A stretch of 64,000 nt of DNA, from NCBI GenBank assembly GCA_973851085.1, contig OZ316775.1, positions 8,494,001 to 8,558,000 on the forward strand, written 5' to 3'. The stretch's first letter is position 1; each line of letters opens with the position of its first letter. A program made the position numbers and the translations under genes. Source of the DNA: Ptychomitrium polyphyllum (Eukaryota). Shown here piece after piece: positions 26,516 to 39,419 of the stretch. The notes under the pieces are model-generated. The model searched no databases. It was not told the origin of the DNA and saw nothing but the letters and a program-made list of their open reading frames with translations.

Positions 26516-29500
26516 GGACCATGCAATTGGACACCACAAGGAAACCACCATCAAATCAAGGTCTCTTACTACCTTCAAATCCTACCTCTTGTTTTACATT
26601 TCCTATCAAAATAAAGTTGTTAGATGATGAAATAATTAGCGAGGCTCTCTTAGACACTGGTGCAACAGCATGTTTTATGGACAAGGATTTTGCAACCAAG
26701 CATCACATGGTGCTTGTGAAGAAAAAATATCCCGCACCTGTTGAAGTTATTGATGGACGATCTCTTGCGTCTGGCAACATTATTGAAGAAACTCAACCAT
26801 TGGAGGTTATTTTAGGAGACCAGGCATCTAAGATTGTCTTCAACATCATTCAATGCCAAATGAATCCTATTGTTTTGGACCTTCCTTGGTTTGAATTACA
26901 TAATCCAGACATTGACTGGCGCTCACGGAGTGTGGTCTCAAGGAAAAGACGCCAAGGTACGAGAAATCTTGGACCATCATTTATTGGAGCTAAGGCATTT
27001 ATGAGAGCAGCAAAAAATGAAGCAATCTGTGCCGTTTATGCCACGCCAATGTCTAGCTCTACAATAGAGAGTAATCAAAATATACCTCGCCAATATCAAG
27101 ATTATAAAGATGTTTTTGAAAAAAAGAATGCGAACATGTTACCAAAGCACCGGCCTTACGATTGTACCATTGAGTTGCAAAAATGAGCCCAACCACCTTT
27201 TGGACCTATTTATAACTTATCATAAACTGAGTTGGCTGCCTTGAGAGATTATATTTAGGAAAACCTTGGAAAGGGTTTCATTCAACATTCTAAATCACCT
27301 ACTGGAGCACCCATTCTGTTTGTAAAGAAAAAAGATGGATCATCACGTATGTGCGTGGATTATTGAGGTCTCAACAAAGTAACAAAAAAGAATCACTATC
27401 CATTACCATTAATCTCAGGACTCCTACAACAACTTGGCCAAACAAGAATATTCACCAAAATTGATCTTAGAGGAGCCTACAATCTTGTACGCATCTAAGA
27501 AAGAATTGAATAGAAAACAGCTTTTCGATATAGGTATGGTCATTTTGAATACAATGTCATGCCTTTTGGCCTTACTAATGCTCTCGCAGTCTTTCAACAT
27601 ATGATGAATGATATCTTCCATGAACATCTTAATGATTTTGTAGTCAACTACTTAGTTAACATTCTGATATATTCAAAGGATGAACAAGACCACGAATGTC
27701 ATGTGCAAATGGTCCTAGAAAAACTACGCCAGCGAGGATTATATGCCAAATTGGAGAAGTGCCTTTTCCATGAATCATCGGTTGAATTTTTAGGCTACAT
27801 CATTTCCAAAGGAGGAATCCATATGGATAAGAAAAAAATAAGCACTGTCACGGAGTGGAGTACGCCAAGATCAATTCGAGATGTTCAATGCTTCTTGGGA
27901 TTTGCAAACTTCTATAGAATATTCATCAAGAATTATTCCAATATTGCGGCACCATTAACACGTCTTATGGGGAAGCAAAAATTCATTTGGGATGAAGAGG
28001 CGGAAAAAGCATTTCAAAGTCTTAAGAAGTCATTCACGTCGGCTCCAATTCTTATTCATCCAAATCCATCAAAGCCTTTCTATTTGGAAGCAAATGCCTC
28101 AGATTTTGCGCTTGGCTCAGTACTCTCACAATATGATGAAGACGGGAGACTTCACCCTCTTGCCTTTCGTTCAAGGAAGTTCTGAGCGGCAGAGATCAAC
28201 TATGATATACATGATAAAGAACTACTTGCAATTGTAGATGCGTTTGAAGAATGGCGACACTTATTGGAAGGAGCTCAACATACCATCACGATATACACAG
28301 ATCACAAAAACTTGGAGTATTTCATGAGTGCGCGCGTTTTGAATCGCCGTCAAGCAAGGTGGAGTATGTCGCTTTCCAGATTTGAATTTGTCATTACCTA
28401 TCGATCTGGTAGCTTGCAAGATAAGCCAGATGCCTTATCTTGAAGATCTTATTTAGCTCCTCAACCTGGAGATGATGTTTTGAATCAACAAAGGACTATT
28501 TTATTGAAGCCTGAGAATCTTCAATTGAAAGCAGCCATTATTACGACAACATCCCATTTTGACGAAATTCGGAAGGCTTTCAAGAATGACGTCTTTGTTT
28601 CAAATATAAAGAAGCGCCTCCAAGACAATGGAAATCCTTCAAATAGCAATGAAGACTTTGAATTCCAAGAGGGCCTACTTTATTATAAAGGACTTTTGTA
28701 CCTACCTCCAGACCCTTTGCGGTTGAAGATCCTTCAAGCACGTCATGATTTTCTAGCAGCAGGACATTTTGGATTCAATAAAACAATGAAATTGATTGCT
28801 AGAGACTATTGGTGGCCACAAATGTGGAAGTACGTAAAGGACTTTATTCGATCATGCGACACTTGTGCAAGAGCCAAGGTACCAAGGCACCAATCTCATG
28901 GTCTCTTCCATCCGCTTCCAGTGCCAAGGGGCCCATGGTTGTCTTTATCAATGGATTTTATCACGGACCTTCCAAATTCCGATTCTAAGGATTCTATTTT
29001 GGTAGTGGTGGATCGATTTACAAAAATGGCACATTTCATTCCATGCAATAAGACGGTAACGGAAGAAGAAACTGCCAAGTTGTTTTTAAATCACAACTAC
29101 TGCATTTATGGACTACCAGATGATATTGTATCCAATCGGGGGCCGCAATTCATTTCTAACTTTTGGAGGGCTCTATTCCAGCTATTGCGTGTAAAGATCA
29201 ATCTTTCTTCAGCACACCATCCACAAATTGATGGCCAAACCGAACGTGTGAATCAAATTTTGGAGCAATACCTTCGTTGTAGCATAAACTACCAGCAAGA
29301 CAACTGGATGGATCTCTTGCCTTTGGCAGAATTTGCTTATAACAATACGGTGCCTTCTTGAACAACTCAAAGTCCATTATTTGCAAACTATGGCCATCAT
29401 CCTGGAACAGATCCATTTCAAGTGAAGCATGTTGGAAGTCCTGCAGCAGAGGATTTTGCAATTCAACTTGCTAAAATCCATCAAGAAATTACCTTCCAAT

Positions 29501-30000
29501 TACAACAAGCTCAAGATCGTTACAAAACTTATGCAGATCGCCATCGGAAGGACCATCCAAAGTTCAAGGTTGGAGATAGCGTATGGCTCCTACAACAAAA
29601 TATACAGACAAAAAGACCATCAAAGAAGTTGGACTATCAAAGGCTTGGACCGTTTGAAATCAACAAACAAATAAATCCGGTTAGTTATCGCCTAAAGCTA
29701 CCACCAAGCATGCAAATTCATCCAGTGTTCCACGTATTGTTGTTGGAAACCTATTACAAATCATGTTTACCAGAGAGAATTGTCCCTCCGCCTCCTCCGC
29801 TGGAAATCAATAATAAAATTGAATATGAAGTGGAAGATATCTTAGATTCACGCATCAAGAACGGACGTGTGGAGTATCTTATACATTGGCAAGGATATGG
29901 CATCAATGACCGAACATGGGAACCTTCAACGAATGTAACAAACGCATCCGAGAAGGTAAGCAAATTTCATCAAAAATATCCTCAGAAACCAGATCAGTGA
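26488..30000 (+). pseudogene. pol: pol of element C: protease, RT, RNase H, integrase, chromodomain (inactivated)
   Basis: LLDTGA protease; MPFGLTNA RT with YLDD mutated to YLVN; integrase H..H..CDTC zinc finger and LGPF; chromodomain [22 protein letters not shown]; about 9 in-frame stops counted by eye. Confidence 0.93.
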
Positions 30001-31256
30001 TGATGTGTCATCAGCAGCCGTTAGCTTCACAGAGAAGTTTTTCCTTTGTAGACAAGTATAAGAAGGGAGGAGAGATATCCAGACCTCCAATTGTATGCAG
30101 CATTATTTCCAAGATAGATCATTTCTAGATCCTAGCCAGTATGTCAAATCTTTGTGTTATCATGGATATGCGTAAAGAGCAGTCGGCCATGCCTTCATCA
30201 ACAACAGCATCTGTTGAGCCAACTCAACTTTCTTAGCCCTCGGTAACGGAGGATCTAAGTCAAGATATGAGAGGGACATCCCAACGTCGAGTACGACCTC
30301 GTGCAGAAGTATTGACTAGTCGCCCTTCACATTCCAGTCTTGATTCAGATGCTCGCGCTCTAGTCATCTTATTGGAAATTGGAAGAGTCACCCCTGGAGG
30401 ACCCGAAATCTTGTTTGGAGGATGTTTTGAAGGACTTAATCAAGATCAGATCTTGGAATGGAACATTTCAACAACAGAAGTCTTGGCTGGTGGCCATCGA
30501 CGCTTCTTGCAAGGACCAGTTGAGCCAGTGAACAGAGAACAACAAGCAGAATATGTTGCTTCACTCCTTTGACAAATTTTGGAATTTGTAGAAATGTGAC
30601 AAGCAAGCCAAGAAAAGAGCTCCTCATGGGACTCGTCGCTAAAAGGGGAGGTGATGTCACGGACATAGATCATGCAACATAATCCTTAGAACATTTGAGA
30701 ACCTTCTAATATACTAGAATAGTTTCTTAGAATACTTTTAGATGTCTCCATAGCCTTTTTTATGTTTTTAGGAAGCTTCCCAGGAAAGTTCCTCCACCTT
30801 AAGAAACTTCCTAGGAAGGTTCTATCATCTTAGATTACTTCCTAGGAAGCTTCCATCACCTTAGGAAACTTCCTAGGAAGGTTCTACCTCTTCAGGAAAC
30901 TTCCAAGGAAGGTTCCGCTACTTTAGGAAACTTCCAAGGAAGGTTCCAATTCCTTGGAAGACTCTTAGGAAGGTTCCAACTCCTTGGAAGACTCTTTAGA
31001 AGGTTCCCCAGACTTCCAGAACATTCTTAAGCCTTGTAGGAAGCTTCTTTAGAAGTATCCTAGGAGATTCAAACGTCATAGTATAAATAGGAGGCAAGAC
31101 AAGGTATTCCTTAGGCTTGCCAACACAAGTTGTGGATCATCTTGAATCCTACCTTGTTCTAGTCTTTGTATCAACTTCTTGTTAATCATTAGCTCTATGG
31201 AAGCTAATTCTTGGGAAACACTTCGTTTCTGCTTCTTGTTTCTTGTGTCACTAACA

Positions 31257-34200
31257 TAAAGTACTCCAAGTTCTTGTGGTTTGCTTATATTAAGATGGTA
31301 TGTTAAGCTCCTTTCAACATGTGCTACCATTCTTCAAATGCATCTACAATTGCAAGTAATTCTTTATCATATATATCATAATTGATTTCAGCCGCTCAGA
31401 GCTTCTTTGAACAAAAGGCAATAAGGTGGAATCTCTCGTCTTCATCATATTTTGAAAGTACTAAGCCAAGAGAAGGCTTTGATGGATTTAGATGAATAAG
31501 GATTGAAGCCGACATGAATAACTTCTTAAGACCTTGAAATGCTTTTTTTACCTCTTCATTCCAAGTGAATTTTTGCTTCTATGTAAGTCAAATTAGTAGT
31601 GCCGCAATCTTGTGATAATCCTTGATGAATATCTTGTAGAAGTTTGCAAATTCCAAAAAGCATTGAACATCTCAAATTGATCTCAATGTATTTTACTTTA
31701 TGATAGCGTTTATTTTTATTTCATCCATATGGAATTCTCCTTTAGAGATGATGTAGCCTAAAATATCAATCAAGGATTCATGGAAAATGCACTTATCCAA
31801 ATTGGCATGTAATCCTCGCTAGCGTAGCTTTTTTAAGATCAACCGCAGATGACATTTGTGATCTTAATCATCCTTTGAATACATCAAAATGTCATCCAAG
31901 TAGATGATTACAAAATAATCCAAATATTCATAGAAGATATCATTCATTATGTGTTGGAAGACTGCAGGGGCATTAATAAGGCCAAAAATCATGATATTGT
32001 ATTCAAAATGGCCATACCTAGATTGCAAGGTTGTCTTCCATTTGTCTTTTTTTTTTAATACATACAAAGTTGTAGGCTCTTCTAAGGTCAATCTTATTGA
32101 ATATCTTTGTTTGGCTAAGTTGTTGTAAGAGTTTTGAAATGAAAAATAATGGACATCGATTCTTCTTAATCACTTTATTGAGGCCCCAATAGTTCACGTA
32201 CATATATAATGATCCATCTTTCTATTTTACATTTAAAACGGGTATTCTAGTAGATGATTTGGAGTGTTGGCTAATGGCATTTTCAAGGTTTTCATTGATA
32301 TATTTTCTCAAGGCAGTCAACTTGTTTTGTGTTATGTTATCAATAGATTCAAAAGGTGGTTGGGCTCCATCTTGCAACTCAATGGTACAATTTCAAGGTT
32401 GGTGCTTTGGTAATATATCTGCATTCTTCTTTTCTAATACATCTTTATAGTCTTGGTATTGATGAGGTATGTCTTGATTAATTTTTGGTATAAAGTTAGA
32501 CATTGGCATAGCATAAATGGCATAAATTGATTTATCCTTTGCCGCTCTTATTAATGTCTTAGATCCAATAAATAATGGTCCAATATTTCTCGTAACTTCA
32601 CGTCTTTTCCTTGAGACCACACTATGTGAGCCCCAATCAATGTCTAAATTATGTAATTCAAATCAAGAAAGGCCTAAGACAATAAGGTTTGTTCGGCATT
32701 AAATGATGTTGAAGACAACCTTAGATGCTTGGTCTCCTAAAACAACCTCCAAGAGTTGGGTTTATATAATAACATTGTCAAATGCAAGAAATCGTCCATT
32801 GATAACTTCAATAAGTGTAAGATATTTTTTGTTCACAAACACTACATGGTATTTGGTTGCAAAATCCTTATTTGTGAAGCATGCGGTTGGACAAGTGTCT
32901 TAAAGAGCCTCACCAATTATTTCATCGCCTAACAATTGGATTTTGATAGGAAATGTAAAGCAAGAAGATGAAGTTGGAAGTAGTAAGAGACCTTGATTTG
33001 ATGGTCGTTTCCTTGTGGTGTCCAGTTGCATAATCTCTAATGTGATTGGACAGTCTTGTTTTCCAACTCTACCATTGTGCTTTGAGCCTTGAAGGCAAAT
33101 CCTTTAAATTAGCAATTGTGCACTTTTTCTCCAGACTTGCCCCAATACAAACATAAGTTTCCTCATTGACACCTTTTTTTTTCTTTTGGAATTAAATGAC
33201 TAAATTGGGCAGCATCAATTTGCATAGGTTATGGTCTTTATAATTGGCTTTCTAATACTTTTGAAGAAGTGTTTGTTATACTCTAATGTATCGGACGCTA
33301 TCCCAAGCGTTGTCATTAGCACATCTCAAATAATCTATTGTCACATGCTATTGCTTGAGTGATGAAGTCGTCTCCTATTTCAACCTTTGGTATTATAAGT
33401 AGCAAATTCTTCAGATTCTTTCTCAAGCCCCATTAAGATTATATGACCAAGGCCTTCTTATTCTAATCAAGGTCATAAGCTAGTTATTAAAATTCTACAG
33501 CATATATAGCAGCCAAGCATTGTCTTTGTTGTAGGCTTTGGATTCTTGTTTTAGCCACTTTCTCTCAGTTAGTGTCTCCAAAAGTAGATGTCAACTCTTC
33601 CATGAAAGCATCTAAATTATTCAATAATGGTGACTTCTTCTTTATTAATGGTGCAAAGCACGATAGTGCATTGTTTGATAGAAGAGTGGCTACAAATTTT
33701 ACTTGAGTAGTGCCATCAGGATAGCAAGATCAACGCAAACTGAAGAAGAGCCTTAGTTGTTGAAAAAAAATTCAACTTTGACTTCAATCCATCAAATTTG
33801 TTTGGAATACAAATCTTTGAATCTATATGGTTTTAACGTAAGTCTTTCCTTCCAATATTGACCTTGTAATCAAATATCTATTTGATATAGATTTTAAATA
33901 TGGCCATTGAATTCTTTAGTTTGTCAAATGTGCTGTTTTAAATTGATAGTCGTGTTGAAGCGTGCAGGTTTTGTTTGAAAGATCAATATTAGTTGCAAAA
34001 TGCTTTTCTGATGTTTCTTATATATTATCCATACTTATGATTGTCAAATACAATAAGACTATAAATACCTTTAAAGAAGAGAAATTTGCGTGTATTGAAA
34101 GATTGATCCTCCTTCAAAAAAAAAATACTTACTTTTAGAAGAAGAAGCCATTTTTTGGTATCAACTTAAAGAAGGGTAATCTACAACCTCCAAAATGCTA

Positions 34201-34701
34201 TGAGATTATTAAAAAGATGGATAACCCGTTATTTTTTTTCAAAAAACCTAAGCTTTAATAACGATAAAGAGTACTCTTGTCAAATAATTAAGATCACAAG
34301 AAACAAGAAGTAGATCCAATGTATTTACCAAGAATTAGCTTCCAAAGAACTAATGATTAACGAGAATTCATACAAAGATTAGAGCATGGCAAAATATAAT
34401 ATGATCCACAACTTGTGTTGGCAAAACTAAGGTATACCTTGTCTTACCTCCTATTTATACTATGACGCTTATATCTTTTAAAATACTTCTAAAGAAGCTT
34501 TTTACAAAGCTTAAGAATGTTCTTTAAGTCTATAGAACTGTTTCAAGAATTTTTCTAAGGAATTGGAACTTTCTTAGGAAATTTCTTAAAGTAGTGGAAA
34601 CAGCTATTGAAGCATTGAAAGTATTCTAAAAAACTACTACAATATATTAGAAGGTTTTAAAAGCTTCTAAAGAATGTTCTTTATGATCCATATCCGTGAT
34701 A
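31257..34701 (-). mobile_element. Older chromovirus element D: RNase H, RT, protease, gag and 5' LTR (~34286-34701); target of element C
   Basis: RT fragment with IYLDDILMYS (31864-32091); protease and gag remnants. Removing C rejoins CACACTCA-TAAAG-TACTCCAAG, the RNase H segment also seen at ~19390-19420. Confidence 0.9.
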
Positions 34702-34845
34702 ATCTCTTAATTGTATTTTATATTTCTTATTTTAATACAATATAATTCTCAATTGCTTTTATTTTTGTACATCGTTTTTTTACCACATCGTTTGTATTAC
34801 AAGCAATGAAATACATTCTTTTATAGTTCAGGACTCTTCCAATGT

Positions 34846-35992
34846 TGTTGCGCACCTCTTTTTAAGGAATGCCCACAACACTAAGCGCACAAAGAGGACC
34901 TCGGAGTGACGTCCAGGACTTGTCACGCCGATGGTGAAGACTTGAGTGGGCCTAGTATTGGAAAGGAATCCAAAGAGGAGGAATATCCTTACCCACAAAG
35001 ACTAAGATCCATGAAGGAGAAGTCATAAGCATTGGATGCCTCACGGCAAGTTGATTTTAGAATGCTAAAGATCGCTTTAATCGGATAAGGGAACTAAAAA
35101 ATATGAAACCCTAAAATTGGGGCTGTTTAAGGACTGTTCTAGATTGTGGCAATCCTAGACTAGGACAATGCAAAGAAAAACTCCTCGGGAGTCCCAAACC
35201 TTGAGAGAGGCATATTTTCTTAAATACTAATTCAAATTGAACGTTTGAAGAGTCTATTGGGATCTACGCAAAGAACATATGATAATATAGTGGTTGCTTG
35301 ATAGATTTAGAGATTGGATATGGAAGATATGGAACCCTAAAGGTCCGCAGGTAGTTACAAAGGCTCCCAGCGTCTAAGTCCCAAAAGGGATTGGGTGGTC
35401 TTCCAATGCTTTGGATGTGTCGGAATTTGGCCAGCTACAAGAGGCCAAGGAGCCTGCCAATCCCATAGAGAGTACTATAAGGAGGACTACTTCCCCTCTC
35501 TACTCCCTTAGTGTCCCGGTAGTAACCAAAGGTGAGTACCGATGGGTGGAGTTAGTATTGGGGCTTCATCACAGGGACTCCTATACTATTGTAAGCCAGT
35601 GGTTGGCCAGTTTCACTAAAGGAACTAGTGAGTTTTAAAGTGTGCACGAGTTGTCACTATGTTGAAGTCATATCTTCACGCCGACACCATGGTAGCTTGA
35701 GGCAATCATGGAATCACATAAGAATCATAAGTGATGATGAGGAAATAGTACTAAGTGCAGTTAGGCCATGTAAAATGGAAGTAACACCAAGTGAGGCCTT
35801 AGACATGAATGGAAGTCTACACCTAACTATAGGCTACCAACCAATTGGATGTCTTAAGAGAAATAAGTAGGAAAAATTGAAAACCAAGCCTGGGGCTTGG
35901 AAAGTGACAATGAGGATTAATCATGTATATGTGAAGGTGTACAGGATTAGTGTGTGTAACGTTTGTTAAGGTATATTGTAAAGATTGTGACA
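34846..35992. mobile_element. Solo LTR (1147 bp) of a different LTR-retrotransposon family
   Basis: Begins TGTTGC, ends GTGACA, flanked by 5-bp TSD AATGT (34841-34845 and 35993-35997); higher GC than flanks; no similarity seen to the chromovirus LTRs. Confidence 0.8.
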
Positions 35993-38900
35993 AATGTTGC
36001 TATCTTCTTACCCTTATTATAAATATATTCTTTTGAGACATTCATGAATTATACTGCAAATTAACATGTCCAATGTATTGTTTGATATCAAAAGCTATTG
36101 AAGGAAGTTGCTATAAAATGTTGAACATTTAATGTGTTGTTTATATTCTTATTGCACAAAATCCATTTTTTTTTGCTAATGTAGGGAATAATTCTTATAA
36201 TTGGCTTCAATAAAAGATCTTGAATAAACGATTGAAATATGTCAAGGAAGAAAAAACATCAATATAATGAAGATTACAAATTAAGTTAAAAACAAGCAGC
36301 TCCAAATATTATAAAACCATGTTGTAGGCCAATTAAAACATTTTGATAATCCTTAGCTCATGTTGTATAATTGCCATTGGAATGACCAATCAAAACATGG
36401 AAATGATATATTTTGAACAACAAAAGCTCATAATATTCTAGTCCACTATAGCTTTTTTTACAAATGTATAGTTTTTTTTCTTTAGTGTGGAATTGCTTTC
36501 CATTAAAAAGATCCACATATTTAATATGAAAATTTTCATAACCTATTTGTAGATTTTTAGGATATTATGAAATATTTGATGATTGTATATTCTAAAATTT
36601 GAAATTTAACACAAGTTAAATCATAATTGTTCCACAAGATTTAAATAAAGTATGAATTTTTAAGGCATATCTTTGAAAAAGTCTAAATACCACAAGTGGA
36701 ATAGCCTTTTAACCACCCAAACAATTAGTATTTATTACATAAATTATATGCAATGAACCAAATTTCATTCAAAAACTTATATGAAGCAAGTTCATATGCA
36801 CCACATTGTATTATTTTATAATACAATGAAAATGCACCTTCTTCTTTAAAATTACCACTCCATGAATTCAATTGTATCTTATTGCAACCTCATCTACTTC
36901 ATATTACTAAATATAAGTTCAAGATACAAAGAAAGGTATTCAAGTTTTAGAATTGTCAATTAATAATAAAAAATAAGGTGATGGAAAGATGGGAAGACAT
37001 TAATCTTAGTACGCAAGCTCATTTATTTATTTAATTTTTAAAAGTTTTTTGAAAATAATAAATATGTTGACACACATTAGCATTTTTTACATCATAAGGG
37101 TACAAAATATAACTCCAATATTTTATTAAAACCATACAATATAAATTATAACATCACTTTTCACCTTTGATCCATTAGAAGTGCAACAACATATCAAATA
37201 TAACATAATATTGTTATCTTATGCTCATGATAATGGCCTTTAGAATACTATACATATTTATAAATTAAATAATTGCAAATACTTATTCCATGATACAAAT
37301 AAGATGATTAATATGGAATAATGTGAAAGTAGAAGTTGTATACCATATACAAGAAACTGCATCTTTGTAATTAGGTTTACAATTGCTATTACTGATATTT
37401 TATATTGAATGATATTTTTATATTAATACAAACAAATTATTAGTACTTTTTAAAAAACATGTTATGATTAATTTTAATTAAGGTTTTTTTAATGTCATAA
37501 TTTTTTTAATCTTTGAATTTTAATCAATTTAATATCTTTTTATTACAAGATTGTCTTTTAATTTAGTGGTAGTTTAAACATACTTCCAAATTGTCAATTC
37601 AAAGAAATTTATACAATATGATTTTGGAAATTCTATGTGGTTCCTTCATTAAAAAACAAATACAATGTGCAAGGAATTTTTGAATAGTGACAAATAATAG
37701 CACTATATTATAAATTAATAAGAGAAATTTGTAAGTTATCTATTTTTTGAATTCATGAGCCATGAAACATCAATAAATGTAATCTAAAGTTTGAATTGTA
37801 ATAAAATATAATTTCATTATATTGAAACCCTTAGAAGCCTAAAAAACTCCACAAACCATTTTAAAAACCTTTAATAAACAAAAAATATGATATAACATCA
37901 ATGATTATGTAAAACATAAATGTTTGAAAAATTCAAAAAATACATCAATATTCTTTAAATAACATTGAAAGATTGAAGACAGCACTTTATAAAAGCTAAT
38001 GTAAGTATTTTAAGAAATTTTCTTTCAAAAAGCAATTATATTCTTTGGAACTTGTATAATATTCCTTAAAAACAACTACGAGATTTTAGCCATTTCTATT
38101 GTCACATTTCATTTAAAATCTTGTCTTTGTGAATTTGGAATCAATAATATCAAGCTTCATTATTGAATAAGTTTATCATTTGAGTTATGTGAGTCTTTCT
38201 AAATATAAAAAGGTACCAAATGTCTAAAATTACTACTCATTGATTACAATATAAAAATTCATTCAAAAAGTTAAATAATTATAGAGAATTTCCATTTTTT
38301 AGTTTGGATATCAATTTCATATGTGTACGTTCCACAAATAATTTAGAAAAGGTTTATAAATGCTGAAAAAACAAAATTCAAAAAATCTATTGTTTATTTA
38401 TATAAATTCAAAAAATGAATAACATGGTGGATTAGATTTTCTTTAAAATTCCAATATACAATCAAAATAGTGATTAAAAACAATTAGAAACATATTCAAT
38501 ACTATGCCAAACTTGATGAATTTGGAAGAACTTATTATTTATAGATATTCCAAAATGAAGTATGAAAAAAGACTATTTTAGAATTTCTTTCTAAAATCAT
38601 TTTATTTGTATACATTTCAATCCTTTGAAGTTTAATTTATTCAATTTCATTTAATATTGTACATTGAACTACAATCATTATAATACAAAAATGTGGATAT
38701 GTTGATTTAAGTTCTTTTATTAGAATACTTTATTTTTCATTTCAAAAATCTATTATTCAATATAGCAAAATTACAACATTTTGCAATATGAAAAAAAGTT
38801 AAAAATTCTAATTAGAAGGAAATAGAAGAAATAAAGGACAAAATTAAGAAGTTAAAATATATAATAAAGAGGTGTAGGAAGAGTTTAACTTGTTGGTTCC

Positions 38901-39419
38901 ACATTTGACATCATTTATGGAGATGAAGATTAATGCAAGGTTTTACATAGCAATAGAAAGCTCCAAAACAAATCAAGATTAGGCTTAAAAAGCAAGCAGT
39001 AAAACAAGCAAAATGAATGAGTAGACAAAGTCAACCATCCAATATGAAAAAATGAACATATTGTGCATACAAAGTATGTGAACCTCATGGTTTCATGTAA
39101 AAGACATTTAAACATGAAGATGCATTGTACATAGTTTATTGATACTGTTGTAGTTAACATATTCCAAGAAAGAACTGGAGTATGAGAAAACTTTTTCAAG
39201 TTTGCATATTACAAATTTGCAACAAGAACAAGTTTTCAGAAAAAGTTTCTTGACATTTTTCCAAGAATTCCCAACGTTATCCAGAAATTTGCCATTTCAT
39301 TTTAGCTAGCATGTGATTAACTCTGCCAGTTCTATGGTTCTAGCCGTTCAGTGGGGCGGAGGCCACGCAGGGACGAAAAGGAGGGGAGAGGAGGCCAGTA
39401 GGCGACGAAAGGAACATTA

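Larger units (their letters stand above)
24659..31256 (+). mobile_element. Full-length but defective Ty3/Gypsy chromovirus (Tcn1/Tf1-like), element C, 6.6 kb
   Basis: 5' LTR 24659-25261 and 3' LTR 30655-31256 (TG..CA); 5-bp TSD TAAAG at 24654-24658 and 31257-31261; PPT AAAAGGGGAGGTGA at 30641-30654; domain order gag-PR-RT-RH-IN-chromodomain. Confidence 0.97.

Noticed and set aside
24659..31256. Element C as an active autonomous retrotransposon
   Set aside because: Multiple stops, a mutated RT catalytic motif and diverged LTRs.
34921..35992. TGTCAC...GTGACA as the solo-LTR ends
   Set aside because: No TSD with this left end; the start at 34846 gives a perfect AATGT TSD.
36000..39300. Short ORFs in AT-rich stretches (also 1100-3900, 44874-45191, 54600-61500)
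   Set aside because: F/I/L/K/N-rich chance frames; possibly very old TE debris, but not assignable.
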